This document shows, one piece after another, positions 1 through 11,560 of a stretch of 64,000 bases of DNA. The notes beneath the pieces are model-generated. The model did not search any database. It saw nothing but the letters and a program-made list of their open reading frames with translations, and was not told the origin of the DNA. The position numbers and the translations under genes are program-made. The DNA comes from Octopus bimaculoides (taxonomy: Eukaryota). The first letter of the stretch is position 1; every line of letters starts with the position of its first letter. The stretch lies in assembly GCF_001194135.2 (NCBI RefSeq), contig NC_068986.1:1617296-1681295 (forward strand). The letters are read 5' to 3'.

Positions 1-105
1 CACTTGTGGCCTTCTTTCATCGTTCAAGTTACTAGGTGTCCTTACAGTTTCGTACAGTAACTGCCTGAAACTGTAAGGACATCTAATGAAAGAAGGCCAC
101 GAGTG
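1..105 (+). repeat. Near-perfect inverted repeat/hairpin (20 bp + 19 bp stems)
   Basis: 1-20 pairs with 86-105 and 33-51 pairs with 67-85; the only two non-Watson-Crick pairs are G-U; 12-nt bulge (21-32), 15-nt loop (52-66). May extend upstream of the window. Confidence 0.9.
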
Positions 106-253
106 ACCCGTCCTTTTTTTCCTGCCTCTCTAATTGTTGTTTTTCCTGTCCGCCTTTGTATCATCGATCTGTCCGGATGTTTTATTGTCCTCTATTGTGT
201 TTTTGTTCCATTTTTTATATTTATACATACATATAGTGGCGTANNNNNNNNNN

Positions 254-297
<44 letters not shown>

Positions 298-413
298 GTA
301 TATATGTGTATGTATGTTTGTATAAATATATATATGTAAGCCAGTTTAAAAAGTTCCTGGCTATCTTCAACAAATATTTATATTAATGTAATCCATAATA
401 ATTACACACACAC

Positions 414-576
414 AAGACAGCTTCCTTCTGTTTCCATCTACCAAATCCACTCACAAGGCTTTGGTCAGTCTGAGGCTATACTAGAAAACACTTTGCCCAA
501 GATGCCATGCAGTGGGACTGAATCCAGAACCATGTGGTTAGGAAGCAAAGTCCTTACCACACAGCCATGCCTGCAC
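414..576 (-). mobile_element. SINE family A, 5' half (tRNA-like head + body)
   Basis: Reverse complement reads GGCATGGCTGTGTGGTAAGG...GGTTCTGGATTCAGTCCCACTGCATGGCATCTTGGGCAAAGTG; homologous to copies at 46760-47230, 53515-53920, 63335-63835. Confidence 0.85.
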
Positions 577-1197
577 TTAATATAATAATATAATAATGCT
601 TGTTCGTTCCTTCCGTTAATGTCTGCTTTCGATAACAGCAAGGAAAATTTTATTTGTGTAAGACTCCAAAATGTTATTCTTCAGAGTAATGTTTTTGGCA
701 TCTAAAAACATTCCCCCCACACAATTAGAGGTCAAACCCCAGAAGTTTAACAAACAAATATGCATCTTATTAAACAGCAGAAACCACCATGGTTTCTGTT
801 AACGCATGTACACAACTAATTATGTTCAATATTTAGAAACAGTTGACTGCCCTGCAATTTCCTGTCATGTTTGTTTGCCAATAACAAGCATTTTATTACA
901 TTCACAAGCACATTATTATAATTATTAGCTGACAACATCTTTATCCCTATTTCTTTTGAAGCTCAAATCTAATCGAATGCAACCCTCATGTAACTAAAAT
1001 GATGATAAACTACTAAGGCTCTTGGAATTCGTCAACATTAGAACATTACATAAAATTTTAATCTTGGACACAACAGAGCCTTTTTGTGACACAGTCAGCA
1101 ATGCTTGATAACGAGAACTTTTGAGGATTATTAATCCTCCCATTATGATACTTTGATACTCACAAATTAAAAACTCCTCAGACTAGACTCTGGTTAA

Positions 1198-1414
1198 CCC
1201 TTTAGCATTCAGATAGCATTGTCAAATATAATGCTTATTTATTCACATTGTTTTGAGTTGATCATGCATTACCTTGTAGCCTAGAGATTTCAGTGATGTG
1301 GTTGTTTATATCTAGAATGACATTGTTGGGTAAGTGTGAGAGATTGGATGTGTCCTGTTAGAACATAAAATTGGTAAAATATTTTGGCTGGATATGACCA
1401 GTTTAAATGAAGCA
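1198..1414 (+). mobile_element. piggyBac-like MITE (family F)
   Basis: TTAA|CCCTTTAGCATT start and degenerate AAATGAAGCA|TTAA end; homologous to 17505-17669, 42603-42782, 52410-52869. CCC termini with TTAA flanks are piggyBac hallmarks. Confidence 0.7.
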
Positions 1415-1499
1415 TTAAGCAAATGAGAGCTCAAGACTGCTTTTGTGATTTTTTTTTTTTTTGTGAATAAGTCAGTGATGGAAAGGCAACATCTACAAA

Positions 1500-1890
1500 C
1501 TTTTTTAGGACTCTAGAGATCAGTGGGAAGAAGAGAAGGAGATTTCCTTAGGCTGGAGACCTAGCTCAAACCCTTGCAACACAGTAGGTGCTGCGAAAGT
1601 CGGGGGTGTTTAACTGGGCAGCAAATTAAGCCAACCAATCAAGAATAAGAAGAGAGCAAGTAGGTGTCAGATGTAGAGAGGAGAGGAGGGGAGTCAGATG
1701 AAGAAAGGAGGGGAGTTGAGCCCATGTGGTGCAAAGGAACGAAGAGAGAAGATTAATTCTTGTTCATGGTGAAGGCAGGAGTCTGGATGGCCCCTGTGCA
1801 AAGACAATCCAATACACAGACAGGTGTTGTAGTGAATGACTGGTAGAGTGGAAATGGAGTGAGACTGTGCTGTCATTGCCAAGTCTTACT
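1500..1890 (-). mobile_element. Penelope-like retroelement 3' fragment (GIY-YIG endonuclease C-terminus), decayed
   Basis: ORF 1694-1882 contains LPVIHYN...IGLSLHRGHPDSCLHHEQELIFSLRSFAPHGLN, matching the PLE C-terminal motif EQxLIFxLxTLxPxGLN. Confidence 0.75.
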
Positions 1891-1893
1891 TAC

Positions 1894-1982
1894 ATAAGCT
1901 CTGTTATGTTGAGGTTATCACACAAAATATTACAAATCATTTTCTTATAACGACAGAAGAGGAGCTTATCCTGACCGTGACA
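1894..1982 (-). CDS. Candidate internal exon (CVTVRISSFCRYKKMICNILCDNLNITEL), product unknown
   Basis: Acceptor ttctaaatccttattcag, donor AT|GTAAGT; only one frame open (phase 0 to 2). No family recognised. Confidence 0.2.
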
Positions 1983-2712
1983 CTGAATAAGGATTTAGAA
2001 ATTGCCAATGAAGAATCCAGTTCTACAAACTCTCTCTCTGTCTCTACTTTGATGTTGATTATAATTTGAAATATTGATAATATGCCATAAAAAGAAATAA
2101 CATGGTGTCTCCAAGAATAATTACTAAATAAGACAAATTATAGTAGAAACACTCCTATCCATCATTAAAATAAAGCACTTTGAAGAATTTTCCAGAATTT
2201 TACATAAACGTGCATGAATTGCAGAAATCAAATAACCAAAAGATCTCCTGTTTTTGTATTTGATGTGCAAATTTTCAGACTTCATGATAATCTTTCATTA
2301 AATAACACAAGGTGTCAGAAATAATGTCTCATTAAAATATTTGATTTATACAACAAATATAAATGTCATTGTGACCCTTTTAATCAATGATATCACGCTA
2401 AATTATTGGTCTGCAAGAGCAATGATTACCTAACTAATTTAATGTATGACATGGAGAATAACGAACCAGTTAATGCATTTCATTTTGTTGGACATGAAAT
2501 AGGCACCCAGTAGCAAGCACCCAAAAAGACAGATTGTTTTAGTAAAGATAACACTGACAGACAAATGAACAGATGAAGGGTTATTCTCCAGGAGAGGCAG
2601 AATCCTTCATGCCCCATTGAATCAAAATCAATGCTCTGTATGCACTTGTATTTTTCATATATACACATGTATGTATGTATGTATGTATGTATGTATGTAT
2701 GTATGTTTGTCA

Positions 2713-2795
2713 TTATTCAGTTTTAGTTCAAGATATTATGCCAACAGAGAAAGAGCCGGTTTCTAACCTAGATCCAAGGCTCCTTCATTGGAATT
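2713..2795 (+). repeat. Microsatellite-associated dispersed repeat (unclassified)
   Basis: TTATTCAGTTTTAGTTCAAGA...TTTCTAACCTAGATCCAAGGCTCCTTCATTGGAATTTCAA; second copy at 30392-30490; both directly follow (ATGT)n/(TG)n tracts. Confidence 0.75.
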
Positions 2796-2958
2796 TCAAC
2801 CCACTAAACCATGCCGTGATTGCAAATCAAACCCAAAGCCATGTGATTGTGATTGCCAAGAGAACTTCTTAACCATACAGTCATACCTGTACCTGAAGAT
2901 AAGGTTAAATCATAATTCATGAGCAAATAATTAGTAAAGGTAAGCATCGCAAACTTAC

Positions 2959-3099
2959 ATGGGACATGGGATGAAGATTCAACTCAAAGGGGTTAAGAGA
3001 CGACTGAATTGATGAACTCGGCATATAATGTCTATGAAGTACTGGTTGGTTTGTTGACTCAAAATTTGATAAATCTGTACCCAAAACCAGTCTACAATT
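2959..3099 (-). CDS. Candidate internal exon (NCRLVLGTDLSNFESTNQPVLHRHYMPSSSIQSSLNPFELNLHPMSH), product unknown
   Basis: Acceptor taatctcataatcag, donor CAT|GTAAGT, 141 nt, phase 0-0, open. Other frames here are also long, so frame and strand are uncertain. Confidence 0.25.
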
Positions 3100-3352
3100 C
3101 TGATTATGAGATTAATGAGCAGGTCATTTATCCTAACAACAACCATCACATGTATCTCGTAGTCTCTTATTTCAAACAATCAGCTTAATAAAACCGAAGA
3201 GATTATTTTATATGCGGCACAGTGTGCAAGAGGACTGGCAGTGTTTCATGTCATTTAAAACAAACGCTTTAATTAATAAAACAAAATATATTCAAGTAGG
3301 AGAAACAAAAAAAAAATACAAACAAAACAATAGAAAACAAACAATACCAAAC

Positions 3353-3544
3353 CATTCTGAAGATATCTGATGTCTTGCTCTCGTCTTCCTTGGTTCCTCC
3401 GTTACACAGACAGACACTAAAATGTCATCAATGATTAAAATCTAATGATACAAATCATGGTTGCCTTTCACATTTCTGTCCAGGGGGGAATTTCCATTGT
3501 CTGCACAGAGTTCCGCATTTCTCATTCCAAAGAACAACATCTTC
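3353..3544 (-). pseudogene. Exon-like island with three in-frame TGA stops (loosely WD40-like wording)
   Basis: 64 codons: EDVVLWNEKCGTLCRQWKFPPGQKCERQP*FVSLDFNH**HFSVCLCNGGTKEDESKTSDIFRM; weak acceptor, donor ATG|GTTTGG. Confidence 0.2.
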
Positions 3545-3579
3545 CTATGTTACAGTGTTTTTCTTGAAGTAGTTGTCAG

Positions 3580-3628
<49 letters not shown>

Positions 3629-3925
3629 CACCATCACTACTACTACTACTACTACTACTGCCACCACCATCACCACCACTGCCAGCACCTCTACCACCAC
3701 CACCAATAAGAAGAAGAAGAAGAAGAAGAATCACCATCATTATCATCATCACAACCACCACCACCACCACCGTCATCACCGCCACTGCTGCCACCACAAC
3801 CACCAGCACCTCTTCCACCATCCACACCAAGACCACCACCATCATCAATAATAATAATAATAATAATAATGATAATAATAATAATCTCCACCACCACCAC
3901 CACCACCACCATCACCATCACCATC
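3580..3925. repeat. Compound trinucleotide microsatellite (CTA/CCA/GAA/CAT/AAT)
   Basis: Directly visible; source of poly-T/H/Y/K ORFs. Similar compound arrays at 18800-19022, 20035-20245, 20948-21085. Confidence 0.95.
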
Positions 3926-4284
3926 GTCATGGCATTTGTTCCCCAAACAAGATTCACTACTTTATTTACCAAAGCTGTATGGAGATGTGGATTTTCCAAA
4001 TAACTACAGGTACCATAGAAGTAATTGAACACTTATTGACTTAAACATTTCTCTCCAAGCATTCTTCCTCGATTTCAAACTCAATTTTACAGATACTATT
4101 TCTTTCAGAATCCTGATTATTTTTATTTTCTCTCCCAATCTTAATATTTTCCTTCTCTCTTTCTCATGAATTTCCGTTACTTCTGGACACCCTTAACCTC
4201 CTCCTCCTCTTCTTTTCTTTTTCTTGTCATTTTATCTCTCTGTCAGTCTGTCGGCCTGTCTGTCTGTCTTTCTCAAACACACAT

Positions 4285-4323
<39 letters not shown>

Positions 4324-4524
4324 CCTCAATGCAATTTTCTAAGTTATTTGCCATTTTTCCAAAACAAAATCTGTTTAAATATCAATACATGTATGTGTGT
4401 AAATATGTGTTTGTGTGTGTGGGGGAGGGGTGCATAGGTTTGTGTGTGTATCATGCATAGATTTTGTAATGCCTCTTTGCTTAACACAATTGATTTTGAG
4501 CCAACCAGTGAGCTTCCATATCGT

Positions 4525-4680
4525 CATTCAAGCTGCTAGAAATAGCAGCCAAATCTCTCTTAAATCTTAACTTGCTTCCCTTAAAAAAAAAGGTAAAACA
4601 GAAGGAGAGATGTAGACTTTTATACACTACACCTCGAAAAATAGGTGGACTAGTCATGGGTGGAATGACTCCATTCATAT
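4525..4680 (+). mobile_element. Dispersed repeat family E
   Basis: GCTAGAAATAGCAGCCAAATCTCTC core; other pieces at about 23960-24220, 24310-24390, 32355-32600, 38700-38775, 40395-40470, 43030-43150, 47400-47690, 48295-48500, 49625-49710. Confidence 0.7.
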
Positions 4681-4784
4681 ATTTCAGTCATAGTAGTACA
4701 GTACAGCCAGCCATCACCAGCAAGCAAGCATGGCTTGCTAACATCTATTAATCTTTTACTAAATGATTTAGGTACCTATATAGT

Positions 4785-4965
4785 TGTAAGTGTGTGGCTT
4801 TGTGGTTAATGTGTTGGACTCATGATCGTAAGACTGTGGTTTCAATTCCTGGACTGGGTGACATATTTTGTTCTTGAGCAAAACACTTCATTTCATGTTG
4901 CTCCAATCCACACGGCTGTGACAGACTGGATTACTCCATGCAAACCGGGAAGCTGGCTCTTACAA
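4785..4965 (+). mobile_element. SINE family C (tRNA-like head + CTTGAGCAA...CACTT body)
   Basis: GTGGCTTTGTGGTTAATGTGTTGGACTCATGATCGTAAG...GGTTTCAATTCCTGG (A/B-box-like), then GTTCTTGAGCAAAACACTTCATTTCATGTTGCTCC; multiple copies in window. Confidence 0.8.
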
Positions 4966-5045
4966 TCCCATGGGGCTCAAGAAGGATGCTTTATCTTTTT
5001 TTATCCTTATAGTTGTAAGCAAACATATACAATCTCTCTACTTAC

Positions 5046-5068
5046 ACATTCTTGATCCAGTGGAATAC
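5046..5068 (-). CDS. Candidate 23-nt microexon
   Basis: Strong acceptor ctttctctccctctgtctgtaacgttttag| and donor |GTAAGT flank GTATTCCACTGGATCAAGAATGT; all frames open. Confidence 0.25.
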
Positions 5069-6554
5069 CTAAAACGTTACAGACAGAGGGAGAGAAAGCT
5101 GTACCAGCAATTGGCTCGTAATATTTTTACAGCAATATAAAATGAAATATCTTGCTGAAAGATACAACTTGCCACCTGTTTCAGGAAATGCCATGAGCTA
5201 TGCACCTTCATTGTTTCACTCAGAGGTCTGCTCAAACAAAAATTTTCTGACAAACTTTTACTGTAGCCTGTCTCTTCTTATTCATTCTTCATCACCTTAT
5301 CCCTTATTCATTCATACATTTATATTTATATGACGATATCAGTCCATTTGTCTTGGAACATCATATCAAGACAACAAATCTTTTCCAAAATTTGCACACA
5401 AATCCAAATTCATTCCAAAATATTGCTAGAAGAAAAAAATACTCCCAAGTTTGAGATTCCTCTAAGGGGAAAAAAAGGGGAAGGAAAATCAAGAAAAGAG
5501 GTGTTGAAATACTGATTGTTGGAATGGAGTGCTGGGAGAGTTGGAGCATTTGTGTGAAATCCAGAAAAATTGACATTTTATGATGTCAAATTTACTGTTT
5601 TTCTTTCTCTTGTAGTTTCTCTTTCATTTCACTTTCTCTCTGTCTTCAACTCTCCTCTCTCTGTAACATTCTACTTCTCTTTCTCCTCCCTCCTCTCTAT
5701 CTCTTCCATCCTCTCTCTCTCTCTTCCCCCCTCTCTCTATCTCTCACACACACACACACACCAACATACACACACACTCACATACATGTATACACAATGC
5801 ACACACACACACACATGTATGTGATGATGATACACACACACACACACACATACCACAAATGTAGAGACACTGATTCTTTTACTTCCTTTTATTTCTGTCC
5901 ACAGAGATATTGTGTAAATAGATGTAATGTTTACATTCATTGTACAGGTACAATGCTGGCTAAAAATCTACAGACATGTTGTATGCCATTCTAAAACAGC
6001 TTTTGAACAGATGCCTCTGAAGGAAATAAAAAGAGAAAGACCGAAAACTAGATGGCACAGAGCATTTGTAACTGACATGTGAAAGGCCAGATGCAGGGAA
6101 AACCACAGTCAATAGAAACCAGTGGAGTCAAATCACTGCCCAATGAGCTCAAGAACATAGAATGAACTGACACTGATAGTAAGTTATAGTAAGGATACAA
6201 AACACTGTTAACTAACCAGTAACTTAGTATTCAAATTAGCTGCCAAGTAAATGTTAAATATGCAAATCAGTATAGCCAGTTTGCTTTAGCCACTAATATC
6301 AATCGGTTTATAAGCAATGTTCTTATGGACAGCTAAGGAGGGTGTGCTGCTGCAGACAAAACTCCCAGCAGAATTGAAATGTGTGGCATATACAGATGTT
6401 CCTTCTGCTTTGTCTACGAACATACTGTGTATATAGACATAATGCTTATATTTACTGCTGATTAAGAATTTATAGACATGCTATGTAGCACATTATAGAA
6501 ATAAAATGAAACACTGTCAATACCAGTAATTTAATATTGTATATGTGTATGCAT

Positions 6555-6695
6555 AGGTACTGACATGGTTGTGTGGTTAAGAAGCTTGCTTTATAACACC
6601 ATGGTTTCAGGTTCAGTCTCACAGCTTGGCATCTTGGGCAAAATGCTATACCTTGTGAGCAAATTTGATAGATGGAAACTGTGTGGAAGCCTGTC
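6555..6695 (+). mobile_element. SINE family A 5' half, degenerate
   Basis: GTGTGGTTAAGAAGCTTGCTTT...GGTTCAGTCTCACAG...CTTGGGCAA...GATGGAAACTG. Confidence 0.75.
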
Positions 6696-6709
6696 AGGTG
6701 CTTAAAGTA

Positions 6710-6865
6710 GTGAGTTGGTAGAAATGTTAGCATGCTGGGTGAAATGCTTAGTGGTATTTCGTCTGCTGTTATGTTCTGAGTTCAAATTCTGCCGAGGTCG
6801 ACTTTGCCTTTCATCCTTTCGGGGTCAATTAAATAAGTACTAGTTATGCACTGGGGTTGATGTAA
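6710..6865 (+). mobile_element. SINE family B (tRNA-like head + Meta/MESC-like central domain)
   Basis: GTTCTGAGTTCAAATTCTGCCGAGGTCGACTTTGCCTTTCATCCTTTCGGGGTCAATTAAATAAGTACTAG; B-box GAGTTCAAAT. The CATCCTTTCGGGGTC...AAGTACC motif resembles the MetaSINE domain as I recall it. Confidence 0.8.
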
Positions 6866-6967
6866 AGAAATATATAAGTCATGTACAATTATCTACATTT
6901 ATTTATAAATTGTGTATGTGTAAGAGAGGGAGAGTGAAGTAGAGAGAGAGAGCAAAGTAGAGAGTGC

Positions 6968-7003
<36 letters not shown>

Positions 7004-7419
7004 ATACTTGATTCCTTTTCTAAGAATTTCAAGTAAATAAAAAAAATTTCAGTATGGCCATAGTCCAATGATTGGAACCATTAAAGGAATAAAAGAATAA
7101 AAAATATAAATGCATTTACAAACTCAGCCAACCCAATATGATGTTAGATTAGTGCAGCTGATAAATGATTATCTAAAATTATTTACAAATGCTTTTGTCT
7201 GCTTTCTAAATATTCGATGATACCAAGTGCTCATATTTCAGTTTCTCATTAAACACTGGAATTAGACTATGGAGAGTCCCACATACACAAAATACTACAA
7301 TGACATGTGACCTTAAAAGGTTAAATCAAAGATAAACAGAGCTGAAATTGTGTGCAGGAATTTTTGACTTAACCACTCACCATTTTTTTGTTCTCCAAGT
7401 ATACAGGGAGAGATGTTTT

Positions 7420-7488
<69 letters not shown>

Positions 7489-7718
7489 ACACACAAGAGA
7501 TTAACTACTAGTATAGTTAATAAGTAGCATTGATATATAGTATATACATATGATTTGAAATCTTGAGAGGAAACTATGACAACAAAGAATGAAAAGATTA
7601 TAGTTCTCTTCCCCAGTTTCTGTCATATACATACACACACACACACACACATATATACAAATATATATATACATATACATATATGCACACACAAACACAT
7701 GTGCACATGTGCATGCGT

Positions 7719-7757
<39 letters not shown>

Positions 7758-8256
7758 GGCACACACATGGCTGCATTGGTTAGCTGGGAGCAGTTTCTGC
7801 TTCCATCTAAAACCAATCAACAATATTTAGCTTTGATAACTTATATTTATTTCCATATTGACATTACAAATGTTACTTACCAGAGGCCGTACAGCTAAAT
7901 ACCTCAAGTGTGTTTATATACATGTTTGACAAGATGTGAGATCATTATACATTTGTGCAGGGGAGAGGTATGAGATGGGAATGTTCTGCATTCATGGTAG
8001 GCAAGGTGAATCATTTTAACCCAAGGTTGAGTGGCAAAGCTGACCCAGAATGCTTTGCAAAGCTTGTGCCTTCTTTTAAGCTTCTGCCCTGCTTGTCCCA
8101 TGCGCATCCATTTATGACCATCTTTTGATGAGAAACTCTGAAAATTTTCATTCACATCGTGAGATCATATGAATGCACCTGAAATATGATTGGCCGAAAT
8201 GTAGACTAAGATCACCTGATATGTCATGTCCAATGTTTGCAATTATAGGTCGGACA

Positions 8257-8299
<43 letters not shown>

Positions 8300-8304
8300 C
8301 CTAT

Positions 8305-9302
8305 ATAAATAAAAAAATACACATTAAGCACAGGACATCACCAATGAGTGAAAAATACGTAAACACACGAGAGATAAGCAGAGGACAAAAATAGCAAATG
8401 AAGGTAAGTTGCTCATCAGTTGCTGACTGTTTTACTACTCCCTATTTCTTGCTTTTAAAGACAAGATAGGAAAATTTGGTAAGACAGTAACATCCAGAAA
8501 TTTTTAGAATATAATAATTGTGGAGAGTTAGGGCTTTGAACAAACAAACAACAACAGAGTGAATGTACAAAGTAAACAATCAATGAAAACAAGCATTAAG
8601 GGCCATTAGGCCAAGATGACTTGTAATGGGTAACACCTGGGAGAAATTTTTAATGGAAATAGAATAAAGAGAAGAGAAGAAAATAGTAGAAGAGAAAAAA
8701 ACTGTCAGGAGGTGAGAGAAATGATGTCCAGCCTGGTGGACATCTTGCCAAGCCTGGTGGACATCTTGTCTAGAAAAGACAGGGGTGAGAGAAATGGCCC
8801 ATAATCATGTGTGAGCAACAAGCAGAGGGGCAGGGGGACAAGGCTATTTCTCTTGTCCCTGTCTATTCTGGACAAGATGTCCTCTGGGCTGGACATCATT
8901 TCTCTTGCCTCTTGACATTTTTTCTCTTCTACTATTTTATTCTATTTCCTTTAAAAATTTTCTCCCATACGTAACCCATTACAATTCATCTTGGCCTAAC
9001 AGCCCTTAATGTCTGTCTTCATCGAGTGTTTATTTTATATGTCAACTCTGTTGTTGTTTATTCATTCAAATCCCTAACGCTCCACAAATTTTATATGATT
9101 AAAATTTCTGGATGTTGCATCTTATGAAGTTTTCCTATCTTGTCATCAAAAGCAAGAAGTAGGGAGTAATAAAACAGTCGACAACTGATGAGGAGTTACC
9201 TTCTTTTAGTATTTTGTCTCGTACTTATCTCATTGTGTTTACGTATTTTGTCACTCGTTGGTTATATCCTGTACTTAATGTGTATTTTAAAAAATTATTT
9301 AT
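8305..9302. repeat. ~1 kb foldback (long inverted repeat), arms ~490 bp, spacer ~43 bp
   Basis: 8305-8799 is the diverged reverse complement of 8843-9302, e.g. GAAGGTAAGTTGCTCATCAGTTGCTGACTGTTTTACTACTCCCTA vs TAGGGAGTAATAAAACAGTCGACAACTGATGAGGAGTTACCTTC. Confidence 0.9.
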
Positions 9303-10676
9303 GATTGAACACCATGCAGCCTTGTCCACAGTAAGTTCTTACATATATATATATGGTTTGACAGCATCTGCCGAACCATCTACCTCCTACCAATATAGAA
9401 AACAGATTATGATGATGATGACGATGACATGTGTGTGTGTGTGTGTGTGTGCGTGTGTGCGTGCGTGCGTGCGTGCGTGTGTAAAACTAAGTCACTGTAT
9501 TATTTCAGAGATTTGGTGCAACCAAATTTTGTAGCAACATTGTTAATGTTAGCTAAAACATAACTAACTCATAGCATCTGGGTTGGTCTGGTACCTGTTG
9601 ACTGATGGTATCACAATGCCATTTATGAGAGCAAGGAAGACATTCACAGAAAGCCACTTATGGTTTCTATAATTCTGTGAAAGGTTAACTTCAACTTTCA
9701 ATAGCATTTCTTGAGATGTGCTGATGATTGTTCCGCTCGTCATTTAACAGCTGACTACTACCGAACTGAAATGAAACTTTCTTCAATTAGGCAGCTGATA
9801 CATCTCTGTCAAATTACATGGCAATTACATGTTGGTAGAAATTCTCCAAATATAGATTCTTTAAAGAATACTTTTGACTCATCAATACGTCTACTCTTTG
9901 GAAAACTGGCAGAGTTGGTCTGAAATCAACAGAGAGCAATATTTGATTCCACACATAATGATAGTATTTCATCTCTAGATCTCAAAAGCTGTGATGGAGA
10001 GCCTTGAATACAAGCCTCTAAGACATTGTGCATACCAATACCTTAGCTTATTTCAGGGACTCAAGTCTCTCTCTAGATTTTTTTGTCAATCTGTCAGTGT
10101 ATGTAAGGTTGCCTGGCAGTTTAAAAGCAGAATGATCATTCCTGCTACCAGTGAGCAAAGTTGAAGCAATTTTAGATGAGACCACCATCACAGCAATCCA
10201 GCTGTGTGAATGAACTTTGACCGATATTAGGCTGATCAAAAATCTCTTCCCAGTACAAGCAGTAACATCAAGGAAAACTATTCCTCCTGAGCTAGATGCC
10301 ATCAATGGCTTGATACTTGGATATACCATCTTTTTTTTTTATATTTGGAATCTAGAATAATTCATTTTAATGAATTTATTGCTTCCATTAATGACTGTGA
10401 TTAATAGCTGGTTGTGTAAAGAATCTCCTCAACAGTAGTTCAGGCTTCATCACAGATCCCTTCATGGGGTTCCTCCAGTTCTGGTCTTATTACAAATAGA
10501 AACAAAAGCAAACCATTGTTATCTAATTTACAGCCAAATACAGACAATAATATTGTAGTTGATTCAGTAAAGGTTACAGATATGTCATTTCCTGTATTTT
10601 CTATTGCTTCAATAGAAACATCACCATGAGATATTGGCAAATCTTGAATAACACAACTAGGTTACCTTTGCTGTCA

Positions 10677-10715
<39 letters not shown>

Positions 10716-11153
10716 TGAGGATGATGATGATTCTCCTCATGTTATGGATCTATTTCAGTAATAGTTAAACAGGAAAACTTCTATGTCAAGGCATTGCATG
10801 CATGTACATGAACATGGTAAAAGTGTGTGCATATATAAATATATATGTATATATAGATATATATATGTGTATGCATGTATGTATGTATGTATGTATGTAT
10901 GTGTGTGCATGAGAGTATGTGTCCTTGTATGTCCATTTACTTGTCCACTTTCATTATAAATTTGATTGTTCTCTTAAACTATCACTTATTCATCATGTTA
11001 GTTGTGGAATAGGTTATCTTCTAAGTTTTATCTTGTCTGTTTATATCTGTTTAAAACTTATCCTGAAGATGAGGAATTTATGCTAAACTAAAATCTATGA
11101 ATGCATCAATAAAATGCTACTGAAACAGCTGTAGTAAATTTTAAACCCTATTT

Positions 11154-11189
<36 letters not shown>

Positions 11190-11269
11190 CCTCGCTCTCT
11201 CTCTCCCTCCCTCGCTCTCTCTCTCCNNNNNNNNNNNNNNNNNNNNNNNNNNNNNNNNNNNNNNNNNNN

Positions 11270-11327
<58 letters not shown>

Positions 11328-11394
11328 AAATCAACATCATTGTTTTAGCATCCATTTTTTCATGCTTCCGTATATCAAACAGCTTGTTGAGGCT

Positions 11395-11560
11395 AATTTT
11401 CTATAGTCAGATGCCCTTCCTGTTTCTAAACAAGGCAATATTTCTTCGTGGCCAGATTTGTTTTCAGGGAAGATTGGACATGAACAACACTTCATGTATG
11501 ACAGTGAAACTCATTTACAACTATTGTAGGATGCGAAGACAAGGGCATACACAAATAAAC
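11395..11560 (-). mobile_element. Old family D-related SINE fragment
   Basis: GATGCCCTTCCTGTTTCTAAAC core; related degenerate copies at 12505-12680 and 45340-45600. Confidence 0.6.

Noticed and set aside
11060-11130. Hammerhead-like CTGAAGA...GAAAC motif (similar at 13479-13500 and 9185-9200)
   Set aside because: Could not build stems I-III with a UH cleavage site; at most decayed PLE termini.
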